DNA of 64,000 nucleotides from contig WLWN01000001.1 of the NCBI GenBank assembly GCA_012103575.1, positions 1,676,538 to 1,740,537 of the forward strand, written 5' to 3'. The notes beneath the pieces were generated by a model. The model was not told the DNA's origin and ran no database searches. It saw only the letters and a program-made list of their open reading frames with translations. Numbering within the stretch: position 1 is the first letter of the stretch; every line of letters begins with the position of its first letter. Made by a program: the position numbers and the translations under genes. This document shows positions 10,011 to 19,545 of the stretch, one piece after another. The stretch is from Kiritimatiellia bacterium. Its GTDB lineage: Bacteria > Verrucomicrobiota > Kiritimatiellia > WLWN01.

Positions 10011-10976
10011 GTGGATATAGAAAAAGACCCTTGTATCGCCCATTTTATCCGTTATCTCGAAACGGGAAAAAATGCTTCGGAACATACGGTTCATAACTAT
10101 CTTTTAGACATTCGTCAATTTGTCTCTCAGAGTTGGGGTGAGGAGAAAAAAGCCCCTTTTCCCTGGAAAGAAACGGACCGTTTCACAGCTAGAAAATTTC
10201 TTGTTTTCTTCCAAAAATTAGACAGTGCTCCTACAACAACCTCTCGTAAACTTTCGAGTTTAAGGTCGTTTTACAAATTTTTATTACGCGAAGAGTACGT
10301 AACGACCAATCCTTTTACCCATGCTCCTTTGCCCAAAAAAGAAAGTCGATTGCCGCAGGTACTTTCTGTGGATGAAGTAGATCGCTTATTGGCAACACCG
10401 AAACGCTTGATATCGAAAGATGAAAAAACTAAAAAATTATCTAAAAGCATTTGGGATACCTATGCCGCGCTCCGAGATGCGGCGCTATTAGAGATGCTAT
10501 ACAGCACGGGTATGCGTATTAACGAATTAGCTACCTTAACGGCAGGACAAGTTGATATCCTCTCTGGTGTGGTTAAAGTACGAGGAAAAGGTAAAAAAGA
10601 AAGATTGTGTCCTTTGGGAGAGCCCGCGATTCGTGCATTCCAAGAAGCGTTAGATCAACGCGATCTGTTCTGGAGTACCGTTGGTAAGACAGGGCCTCCT
10701 CCAGCACTTTTTCTCAATAAAAATGCGGGTGGCCTAACGGTACGATCGATTGAAAGAGTAATGAAAAAGTATCTAGCCAAAGCGAGTTTGAACATCCATT
10801 ATTCTCCTCATTCACTGCGTCATAGTTTTGCCACCCATATGTTAGATGCAGGTGCAGACTTGCGTAGTGTACAGGAATTGTTGGGCCATAGTAGTCTCTC
10901 AACAACACAGATATATACGCATATATCGGTTCAGCATTTAAAGGAAGTGTATTCAAAATCACACCCACGGGCGTGA
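10011..10976 (+). CDS. Tyrosine recombinase XerC/XerD
   Basis: N-terminal SAM-like core-binding domain. C-terminal [38 protein letters not shown]. Confidence 0.85.
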   Translation: MDIEKDPCIAHFIRYLETGKNASEHTVHNYLLDIRQFVSQSWGEEKKAPFPWKETDRFTARKFLVFFQKLDSAPTTTSRKLSSLRSFYKFLLREEYVTTNPFTHAPLPKKESRLPQVLSVDEVDRLLATPKRLISKDEKTKKLSKSIWDTYAALRDAALLEMLYSTGMRINELATLTAGQVDILSGVVKVRGKGKKERLCPLGEPAIRAFQEALDQRDLFWSTVGKTGPPPALFLNKNAGGLTVRSIERVMKKYLAKASLNIHYSPHSLRHSFATHMLDAGADLRSVQELLGHSSLSTTQIYTHISVQHLKEVYSKSHPRA

Positions 10977-11047
10977 TTTTAGATTGGTTACTGGTTATCG
11001 GTTTTTTATGATACCATTTCCTGACAACCAACAACTGATAACTAACT

Positions 11048-12337
11048 ATGCAATGGTTTCTCTATAATACCCTCTTTGTAATCGGTTTTACGCTTATGCT
11101 TCCCCATTTCTTATACCGAATGTGTAAGCGTGGAGGGTATTTCAAGGATTTTGGACAACGTTTGGGTCTTTATGATGCGGATCTACTTACCCGGTTTAAA
11201 CAGAATAAAAGGATTTGGGTACATGCAGTCAGCGTGGGGGAAGTTTTTGCTGGGTTACGTTTAATGCAAGAGATACGCGCCCGCGTTCCGAATAAACGGT
11301 TTGTTCTTAGTGTTACAACCTCTACCGGGCATGCAATTGCCAGAAAACAGTTATCTGATGCAGATGACTTAGTCTACTTTCCGCTTGATTTTCCTTTTAT
11401 CATTAAAAGGGTTCTGAATTTCCTTCACCCTGAAATGATCATTTTGGTTGAAGCAGAATTTTGGCCTAATTTAATACGAAAGGCTAAAGAAAAAGACATA
11501 CCTCTTGTTTTAGTAAATGGTCGGATCTCAGATTCCTCTTATCGAGGATATTCTAAATTACGCATATTTACCAAAAACATTTTAGGATTAATAAACCCTA
11601 TCTTCGTGCAGAGTCCGGGAGATAAAAAGAAGCTTATAAATCTGGGGGCTCCAGAAGAACAGATTCATGTGATAGGCAGCGCTAAATATGATGTGCCCGA
11701 GCAAGAAATAGCTGGCGAAGAAAAGGCAAAAGAAGTGTTGCACACTGCCTGTATTTCTGACGATGCGGTTATTTTGTTAGGAGGATCTACGTGGGAAGGG
11801 GAAGAAGAGGCCCTCGTGCACATCTATAAACGACTAAAGGAAGATTACCCTTTGTTAACCCTTATACTAGTTCCACGTCATGCTGAACGGTCGGAGGAAG
11901 TGATGAAAACGATTCAGATTGGAGGATTACGAGGGATGCGTCGGACTGATTTGGTGCGGTTAGATTCTGTTTCTGAAGAGAAGCCGGATGTTTTATTGGT
12001 TGATACAACCGGCGAACTGAAACATTTTTATGCGTGTGCTGATATTATTTTTGTGGGTAAAAGTCTCACCCAGCATGGAGGACAGAATATTATTGAACCG
12101 GCATTATATGGAAAACCGATTTTGGTAGGTCCGAACATGGAGAATTTTCCTGTAGTGATGCAAGACTTTCATGATGCTGATGCTATTTGGCAAATAAAAA
12201 CTAAAAAGGATCTTCAAGAGGCTGTCAGATCTTTGCTCCAAAATTCAGATCTGCGCTCAAAATATGGGGAAAATGCAGCTCGGCTCTTGCAAGAAAAACG
12301 GGGTGCGATCCGTGAAACCGTAAATAGGTTTTTATAG
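11048..12337 (+). CDS. waaA: 3-deoxy-D-manno-octulosonic acid (Kdo) transferase
   Basis: HAVSVGEVFAGLRLM…VTTSTGHAIARKQL…EFWPNLI…; typical KdtA/WaaA length and motif order. Confidence 0.85.
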   Translation: MQWFLYNTLFVIGFTLMLPHFLYRMCKRGGYFKDFGQRLGLYDADLLTRFKQNKRIWVHAVSVGEVFAGLRLMQEIRARVPNKRFVLSVTTSTGHAIARKQLSDADDLVYFPLDFPFIIKRVLNFLHPEMIILVEAEFWPNLIRKAKEKDIPLVLVNGRISDSSYRGYSKLRIFTKNILGLINPIFVQSPGDKKKLINLGAPEEQIHVIGSAKYDVPEQEIAGEEKAKEVLHTACISDDAVILLGGSTWEGEEEALVHIYKRLKEDYPLLTLILVPRHAERSEEVMKTIQIGGLRGMRRTDLVRLDSVSEEKPDVLLVDTTGELKHFYACADIIFVGKSLTQHGGQNIIEPALYGKPILVGPNMENFPVVMQDFHDADAIWQIKTKKDLQEAVRSLLQNSDLRSKYGENAARLLQEKRGAIRETVNRFL

Positions 12338-12398
12338 ACCTTGCCATCTTTTAGCGGGAATATGAGAAAGCCACGGATAAATGGCTACAAAATTTTTA

Positions 12399-13838
12399 TC
12401 AAATAGCGAAAAACATGGTGATGACAACCAATACTGCGATGATATAGCTTTGCTTATCTTTTACGGCAAATTCCACGGGATCTTCTATCATTTTCTCTCG
12501 CCCAACTAACAACCAGATTCGACAGATCCAATATAAAAGGACCAGACACATCAACCACAAGTATTGAGGACGGCGATACAAGTCCCCTCCCCCACCCGTC
12601 ATACTGTTAATATACAAAGCTAAGATTAATACAGATAAAAAACCGCTTATAACACCAAAATGCGATAACATCTGCAAATCATGGGGATCATAGCCACGGC
12701 CCTTGGTAGTATCTACACCTTTATTTGTCTTATAATGAAGAGCGACATATCGTTTCGCAATCCCCAGACTAAAAAATAGAAAAACAGAAAAGGCTAACAG
12801 CCAAAAAGAAACAGGCACTTCCGCCGCAAGCCCTCCCGAATACATACGAATCGTATAAAAAAAACTCAACATAATAATATCGATTAATGCAATGCGCTTC
12901 AGATAGATCGAATATCCATTTGCCAAGATAAGATAGATGAATACAGCTAGCCCCAAAAAGAGTGAAACAGAAAACGCAACAGACAAGCCAGCCATTAAAA
13001 GAAAGATGAATAAACAAAATCCCCAAGCAATCGGTACATCACTAGCGGCCAATGGTCTCTTCCGTTTTTCAGGATGAACACGATCCGCTGTAAGATCTAA
13101 CAAATCGTTTACAATGTACACACTCGATGCACACAGCCCAAAAGCAAAAAAACCAAAAAAAGCATTCAAAAGTTTATTGAAGTCTGTAATCAGATGAGCA
13201 GCAATAATAGGAACAAAAAGTAAAAGATTTTTGACCCATTGTTGAAGCCGAAGCACACGAATCAATGTTTTTAGCGTAACAGATTTGGTTTCGAAAACAT
13301 CCGTCACAGACACTATTTTGCTCACCTGACGTTGGAAATGCGAAGATCCTACGACAATAGCCGAATGGGCATGTCGCCAAATGGGCACATCAGATTTAGC
13401 ATTTCCTATATAATCATACCCCCCTCTTCCAAACCGATCATCCAGCACTTTTTGCTTTTTAACACCCTTTAAATTAATCGTTTGATCACTCGCTAGCACA
13501 TCGGAAAAAAGGCCCACTTCATCTGCAATCGACCCAGCAATTTGCACATCTGAAGCAGTCACCAAAATCAAAGTCCGGCCCTTTTTTTTTTGCGTCTCTA
13601 AATAGGACAAAACTTCTAAACGATAAGGAAGGGTTTGGGGCTCTATCGTTACTCGCTTCGCCACTTCGTGTTTAAAAGACGCTCTACCTTTTGCCAGCCA
13701 AAAAGGAAGAAACAACACGTAGAAAATTTTTTTCTTGATTAGTAAAAGCAAAGACTCCCAAAGCATATCTGTCTTGAGTAGTGTCCCATCCAAATCTATA
13801 CACAAGGGGATGGCTTTAGATGTCTCTTCTTGAGTCAA
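12399..13838 (-). CDS. Fusion of an N-terminal HAD-like hydrolase and a UbiA-family polyprenyl-phosphate (decaprenyl-phosphate phosphoribosyltransferase-like) membrane transferase
   Basis: N-terminal CIDLDGTLLKTD (HAD motif I). C-terminal NDLLDLTADRVHPEKRKRPLA (UbiA NDxxDxxxD) within ~8 predicted TM helices. Confidence 0.6.
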   Translation of the reverse strand: MTQEETSKAIPLCIDLDGTLLKTDMLWESLLLLIKKKIFYVLFLPFWLAKGRASFKHEVAKRVTIEPQTLPYRLEVLSYLETQKKKGRTLILVTASDVQIAGSIADEVGLFSDVLASDQTINLKGVKKQKVLDDRFGRGGYDYIGNAKSDVPIWRHAHSAIVVGSSHFQRQVSKIVSVTDVFETKSVTLKTLIRVLRLQQWVKNLLLFVPIIAAHLITDFNKLLNAFFGFFAFGLCASSVYIVNDLLDLTADRVHPEKRKRPLAASDVPIAWGFCLFIFLLMAGLSVAFSVSLFLGLAVFIYLILANGYSIYLKRIALIDIIMLSFFYTIRMYSGGLAAEVPVSFWLLAFSVFLFFSLGIAKRYVALHYKTNKGVDTTKGRGYDPHDLQMLSHFGVISGFLSVLILALYINSMTGGGGDLYRRPQYLWLMCLVLLYWICRIWLLVGREKMIEDPVEFAVKDKQSYIIAVLVVITMFFAI

Positions 13839-13878
13839 TGGATAACCTTATATGATACATTTAATTTCATTAGATAAC

Positions 13879-15042
13879 GGTGGACTTTCTAATATGACAC
13901 GCCTATAGAAGACAAAAAAAAGAGAAAGACATGGAACAAATCAAGAGTAGTATTCATCCCCGAAAAGGCAAGCATTTGACACAGAAAGAACGGATCATGA
14001 TTGAAACAATGCTCAAAAACCGAGGACGTCCTTTGGAGATAGCCAGCTATCTGGGAAGGCATCGTCGAACCATAGAGCGCGAAATTAAACGTGGGGAGGT
14101 AGAGCATTTCGATACAGAGCTGCGAAAGAAGAAAGCATACAGCAGTGATCGAGCCCAGGAACTTCATGATCTAAATGCGACGGCCAAGGGACCTGAGCTT
14201 AAGCTTGGAAAGCATCATGAAACGGCCGTGTTTATCAGCGAGCACATTCTTGTTCACAAACGCTCACCCGATGTGGTTGCTCCTTTGCTTAAACAAGAGC
14301 AGAGACCTGCAGCGGTGAGTACAAAAACGCTGTATACCTATATTGACCAAGGTCTCATCCCGGGGGTGAGCAACGAGTCCCTATGGGAAAAACGAAAACG
14401 GATAAAACGAAAAAGACGTGCTATTAAGCGGGTTAAAAAGCAACATGCCCGAAGGACCAGTATCGAAAAACGACCTAAGACCGTAGAAAAACGCGAGGAA
14501 TCTGGGCACTGGGAATTGGATTTGATCGTCGGCGGAAAAGGAACTTCAAAACCGGTTTTAATGACGTTAGTAGAAAGAAAGACCCGAATGCTAAGGGTGA
14601 GAAAACTTTCGGATAAAACACAGGCATCGGTTCTGCAGGCCCTCAAAGCGATCGAAAGATCGATGGGAGTTGGCCCATTCAGATCGATGTTCAAGTCGAT
14701 TACAGCCGATAACGGGAGCGAGTTTCTCGACGTGGAGCAGATGGAACGTTCCGGATTTAGCAAAAAGAGACGTGTTAAACTCTATTATGCTCACCCGTAT
14801 TCTTCCTGGGAACGAGGCTCCAACGAAAATGCCAACCGTATGGTTTGTCGTTTCGTCGCCAAAGGAGACAACATCGGAAAATATACCATCGACCGTATTG
14901 GTGAGATTGAAAAATGGATTAACAACTATCCTCGCAAGATCCTAGAATACAAACCCGCACAGGAGTGTTTCGATTTGGAGATCGCCGCATGAACAGAAGC
15001 TCTCAGGTCCATTTTTTGCGGCATTTAATTTTACAATCCACC
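13879..15042 (+). mobile_element. IS30-family insertion sequence, type B, copy 1 (~1.16 kb)
   Basis: Ends GGTGGACTTTCTAA… / …TTTTACAATCCACC (imperfect inverted repeat). Second copy ends at 43284. Confidence 0.75.
13931..14992 (+). CDS. IS30-family DDE transposase (353 aa). Carries a 15-bp in-frame repeat (KRKRIKRKRRAIKR) relative to copy 2
   Basis: HWELDLIVG, DNGSEF and ERGSNENANRMV motifs. Confidence 0.85.
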   Translation: MEQIKSSIHPRKGKHLTQKERIMIETMLKNRGRPLEIASYLGRHRRTIEREIKRGEVEHFDTELRKKKAYSSDRAQELHDLNATAKGPELKLGKHHETAVFISEHILVHKRSPDVVAPLLKQEQRPAAVSTKTLYTYIDQGLIPGVSNESLWEKRKRIKRKRRAIKRVKKQHARRTSIEKRPKTVEKREESGHWELDLIVGGKGTSKPVLMTLVERKTRMLRVRKLSDKTQASVLQALKAIERSMGVGPFRSMFKSITADNGSEFLDVEQMERSGFSKKRRVKLYYAHPYSSWERGSNENANRMVCRFVAKGDNIGKYTIDRIGEIEKWINNYPRKILEYKPAQECFDLEIAA

Positions 15043-15137
15043 TTGGTGATTTGCTAAAAAACGGAGGTTCCTTTTAAATTTGAATCACAAAAATCTCCAA
15101 TCATCATTTGGAAAAATTGATCAAAAAGGTTCCATCC

Positions 15138-16180
15138 TGCAGACTCAACTTACAAGTGCAAAACCGAAGCTGTCCATCATTTCTTTGGGCGTTCTATATT
15201 CTAAGCATTTTCTCGGTCTATTATTCAGTAACTCCACAGCCATCTCAACTGAGCGGAGCTGCGGGCAGCAAAGTCGGTTTTCTTCGGGAAAAACTGGCGA
15301 AGCAAACCATTCGTGTTTTCGTTGCTCCCTCTTTGCCAAGGGTTTCTCCCTTCAGCAAAGAAAATGGGGGTTGCTATTTTTTTCTGTAGTTTAGCATGGC
15401 TGGCAAACTCCATGCCATTATCTACAGTCACCGTTTTACAGGGGAGCCCTGAATCAGCGAACTGAGGTACGGAACGGTTGACCGATTCGGCATTGCATCG
15501 AGGTAAAAGATCGGCGATGAGATATCGAGTCGCTCGATCTACTAGAGTGACTACACAGGCCTCTTTTCTCGTTTGGCCCTGAATAGTGTCACCTTCCCAA
15601 TGGCCTGCCACCTTGCGACTTTCACCCTCTTCGGGGCGTTGGTCAATCATCGTTTGGTTGTGTATACGTGAATGGCTTTTCCGAGTCGCTCGTTTTTTCT
15701 TTCCGGGGCCACGCAGGTATTTTCGGTAGCCAGCCCCTCTTGGACTGTACAAGTAGCGGTAGATCGTCATTCGACTGATGGGAGGGTCACCTTCTAGCTT
15801 TCTTCGACCTTCAACCTGTTCTGGAGACCAATACTTCGCCAGGAGAGTCTCCACTTGTTCTTTGCTAGCTCCCATCACTTTTTGAGGCTTTCGAGCTAGC
15901 TGTAATCGGCTTTGAGCCAGGCCATTTGCGGGTCTTGGGTAATAGCGGCCACGGACTCGATTACGGCGAAATTCGCGCCAAATAGTCGAGGGGGATCGGC
16001 CCAGGTGACGGCCAATTTGAGATAAGCTATATTTTTCTTTTAGCATCTGGGCTATCACTTCTCGTTCATAACGGTTTAAATGTTCGTAGGTTCGTGGCAT
16101 TCTATGTTCTCCTTTGGGGAGGGTCAGATACCCAAAGAATGAACTATGCTGCGGACCTTTGCACTTGTATTGTTACTCTA
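15138..16180 (-). mobile_element. IS30-family insertion sequence, type A, copy 2
   Basis: Collinear with 105..1150. Lies ~95 bp from the IS30-B copy. Confidence 0.8.
15145..16100 (-). pseudogene. IS30-A transposase, frameshifted by a 1-nt deletion near the C-terminus
   Basis: ORFs 15225..16100 and 15145..15339 together equal the 113..1069 protein. CACAGCCCAGCTC in copy 1 reads CACAGCCATCTC here. Confidence 0.8.
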
Positions 16181-16745
16181 CCAAAAACGTAGTGTTATCC
16201 GTTGTACCAAGAGGACCTAAGTCTTGATCCGAAGTCCAGGCAGCATGGCCGTCCAAATAGCCACAATTAATTCCGCCCTCATGCGCACGTCCAGCTTGGC
16301 CCGGCGTATAAGGCAGGTCATACACATAGGCCGCTTGTGCATGATCTGTTACCTTCCCCAAACTACGCGTTGTGCCTGGATAGGAACAGAGATAGCCGTT
16401 CAATTCGTATTCCGTATAGAAATTAGCATTCGACATGTAATAATCAGCGTTCCCATCGTTTCCCCGATTAGAGGGACAATCAAAGACTTTATAATGATCT
16501 CCTACATAAGGAAGAAGTTGTTCGGCCCCTCCTCCAAAAGCAAAAGGTCCTGAGCGAAGAGGGAATACAAAAGAATTCTGATCCCCAAACATAAGATTGG
16601 CTGCGGCTGCTATTTGTCGGACATTATTCAAACATTAGGCTTTCCGGGCTTTCTCCCTGGCCGAAGTAGCAAGAGGGATTAACAAGGCCGACAACAGCGC
16701 AATAATGGCTACAACCACCAATAATTCAATAAGCGTAAATGCCTG
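16173..16745 (-). pseudogene. Type II secretion pseudopilin-like DUF1559 (H-X9-DG) protein. In-frame TAA at a conserved Gln, no start codon, 3' end runs into the IS30-A end
   Basis: Prepilin N-terminal motif [21 protein letters not shown]…[42 protein letters not shown] gives the H-X9-DG motif. The stop codon of the frame lies inside the IS terminal repeat. Confidence 0.6.
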
Positions 16746-17092
16746 ATTTGGTATTTGATTGTTTGTGTTTACATAACTTAATGTATAGCCCCGTCCTGAG
16801 ACATATCTTCATAAACCGCTTCATCTTCGGCGATCGCTTCATTATTTTTTTCTGCACTCATCTCATTCTTCGACGTCATCGTCGATACCCTATCAATGGT
16901 TTTCCCTTTAATTCATATGCTGTAATGACAAAAACACTGTTAGGATCAGGCACATAAATTACTCGCAGATATCTTCCTGTTACTGTTCTGACCAATAGTC
17001 ATCCGCGATTCTTCCTTACCTATACGATCTTCACCCGGATTTTTCAACACAAACTTCACCTCCTCCACATCTGTAGAACAATCTGATGACAA

Positions 17093-17197
17093 AAGGCAGA
17101 CGGCGTCATATATTTGGAGGCATGAAGATTATCCGTTGGAGGGATCAGAAAAACGAATGGCTGAAACAATATCGTGGTGTATGTTTTGAACAGTTGA
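17093..17197 (+). pseudogene. Truncated BrnT/DUF497-like toxin fragment (34 codons)
   Basis: MKIIRWRDQKNEWLKQYRGVCFEQL resembles the W-D-x-K-x3-N-x2-KHGV-xFEE core. GGAGG ribosome-binding site upstream. The ORF ends prematurely. Confidence 0.3.
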
Positions 17198-17379
17198 GAA
17201 TCTTATCCATGGCTATGGGGTAACCTGGAATGTAGCAGAACGGGTGCAGACCTATACGCACCCTTTGTGGAGGGTGTAGGACAAATTTATTGAGACGCAG
17301 AGGTTCCTAGGCTATATCGGTCCCAAATAGTGCATAAAAGTCGCATCAAAAATATTCATGTCATTGAAGCATATATTGA

Positions 17380-19038
17380 CCTGAATCCGTTAGCTATCGC
17401 TTCGGAAGGCGTTTTGGGGCTCAAAAGCTGAAAATTTTTTCCTTGAGATGCTCGCTTTTGGGCGGATTGGGACCGGCAAGTATCACCCTGATGAATTTTT
17501 TGAGCGTACAGGTCAGATTCACTCTGATTTGGCCATTTTGGGGCGTAGGCCTCCTTGGGCAGTCGCCTTAGAGTATTGTTAAAGGTGCACGGAGGGCTAT
17601 GCGAAGGAATGGGCAATATCTTGTATCACTTCAAACCAGCGACAACGCTTGCCAAAGTGAAGTTCAATTCGTCCGGCGTGGCGGACCAATCGAACCGCGC
17701 AATAAACGATATTTTTGAGAACCGTTTTGATTCGCCAGCGCGGGATGTTGATTTTCTGCGGGGCAAGCCCAGCCCGTTTGATGACCTCTTGGCCAAGACC
17801 GCGCAATAGGTTGAAGGCCACCATGGCGCATAACAGAATAATCTTATTGGCACAGGGTCTCCCCGAAGGCAATCGCTCAACATCAAGATCGCTTTTGAGT
17901 TCACTGTGGTACTGCTCGCTGGGGCCATGTCCATGATAGAGATCTAGCACCGTCTTGGCACGACAAGAGAGGTTCGTCCACCAGGTGTTCACCTCAAGTT
18001 TAGGAACCAAAAGTTTCTGACCATCGATATCGATGGTGCGTTCAATCACTTCGAAGGCCACCGGGACACAAGGGTGGTTTTGGTCACCACCGGGATGGAA
18101 ATGATCGAAAAAGCCTGTGTAAACGTTCTTGCCTTCACGACTGTCTTGTTTGTCTCCAACTCGGCGTGCAAGGGCCAGCATTTGTTCAGGACATTCGCGG
18201 CGAGGATTTCGCTTTACGATAAAATAATGATCCCCAAAAGCGTCGAAGTTATCGGCCGCAGCGTTGCCACTATCAAGCCGAAGCAAACATTTTCCACCCA
18301 GGCCCAGGGTTTGGAGCGTTTCAACGCTGCGGGCAATAAACGCGGTCGTTCCCGACTGACAATGTTGTTTGCCGGGTCGAAGTTCGCACTCAAGCATGTG
18401 GCCTTGAGTGCCCACATAGGCAAATATCGGGGCGTAACCATCATGGCCCTTATAGGTGTAGGAAACGCCTTCTTTCGAAGAGCCTGAGTGATCCAAAGGG
18501 CTCACATCGATATCGACGGGAACAAGATCAAGCCCTTCGACATCTACCTAGCCAAAGGGGCCCGAGGAAAGAAGTTCGGTGTTGAGTTTGCGTAGCCCCA
18601 CATGGGTTCTGGCTGGGGGCAGGTCGTCGAAACGACGTCGGAACACCGGCTCAGAGGCTACTTTTTTAACTCCCCTTTTTAAGTCTAAAGGCATTCATAA
18701 AAATCTCATCACCCCGGTACAGGTCGATATCATTGAAATCGGTTCGACCGTTGCAAAGTAAGCCGATCTGGGTAAGGAGGATCTCCCGATCAGAGATCGC
18801 ATCGGAGCGGCGTGGTTGAAAATTGGAGGGAAGAATCCGTTGAGCATGATCCTCAAGCAGCAGGCCGCAAAGATGATTTCCGCTTGTGCTGTTGAGTTCG
18901 CTCTTGCCAGTCTTTATTTTATATTGTTTCATATACACACCTGTTGGGGTGGGGTTGTTTGTTTGAATACGGGTATGCTCCCCGCTTTAGCCCAACAGGT
19001 AATGAAAAATCGTCAGATTTTATCTGACGGATTCAGGA
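17380..19038 (-). mobile_element. IS1380-family insertion sequence, copy A (1659 bp). 14-bp inverted repeats of the form CCTGAATCCGT(C/T)AG. 5-bp target-site duplication ATTGA
   Basis: Ends …ATTGA|CCTGAATCCGTTAG… and …CTGACGGATTCAGG|ATTGA…. Homologous to 56070..57731. Confidence 0.8.
17597..18938 (-). pseudogene. IS1380-family transposase disrupted by a 13-bp tandem duplication (+1 frame) and an in-frame TAG
   Basis: N-terminal ORF 18666..18938 and C-terminal ORF 17597..18505. DSG…, ANKIILLCAMVAFNLL and IKTVLKNIVYCAVRLVRH resemble ISEcp1-type transposases. Confidence 0.75.
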
Positions 19039-19198
19039 TTGACTATAAGGTTCGGTAAGCTCAAAATTTTTCTTAAAATCCCAACTTGATCTTTTTATGG
19101 GGTCTATTTTACCTTAGTTATACTCAACGTTTAGCTAAAATTTTTTTGGAAGGAAACATTCCGCAAGAACGAAAAAAATCTCGAAACAGAATAGGGAT

Positions 19199-19275
19199 TG
19201 GTGGCGAAGGTGGGACTCGAACCCACGACACATGGCTTATGAAGCCACTGCTCTAACCGACTGAGCTACTTCGCC
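19199..19275 (-). tRNA. tRNA-Met (anticodon CAT), with encoded CCA
   Basis: Cloverleaf read on the reverse complement. Acceptor GGCGAAG/CTTCGCC. D arm GCTC/GAGC. Anticodon loop TTCATAA. T arm GTGGG-TTCGAGT-CCCAC. Confidence 0.85.
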
Positions 19276-19324
19276 ACAAAAAACATATAACCGTAAGGAA
19301 GTATAATAGGCTTTGTCAATACTC

Positions 19325-19360
19325 AGCCATTCTAATTTTGATTTCAAAATTAGAATGGCT
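19325..19360. promoter_or_regulatory. Perfect 15-bp-stem palindrome AGCCATTCTAATTTT-GATTTC-AAAATTAGAATGGCT, ending 5 nt before the TTGACA -35 box of tRNA-Met
   Basis: Read directly. A related copy sits at the same position upstream of tRNA-Val (37682..37716), and a mini-version at 47152..47170. Confidence 0.5.
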
Positions 19361-19545
19361 CGTTCTTTGTTGTTGGTTCTTCTTTAATGGGAAGTTATTT
19401 TTTTAGTACAGATCAAATATGATCATGAACATATATAACCTACATTCAGCGATAAGGAACAGCCCGTCGTACCCATCCCTTGATCCGCCTAGCATTAGGT
19501 AAAGAATCTTGACCCACTAATAGATAACTAATAACTATTCCCAAC

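Noticed and set aside
13889-14167. Antisense ORFs inside IS transposase genes (13889..14167, 42053..42424, 14338..14763, 42595..43005, 18074..18487, 56624..57031, 17626..17934, 57177..57485 etc.)
   Set aside because: Each is fully nested opposite a well-supported transposase and duplicated only because the IS is duplicated. No independent signals.
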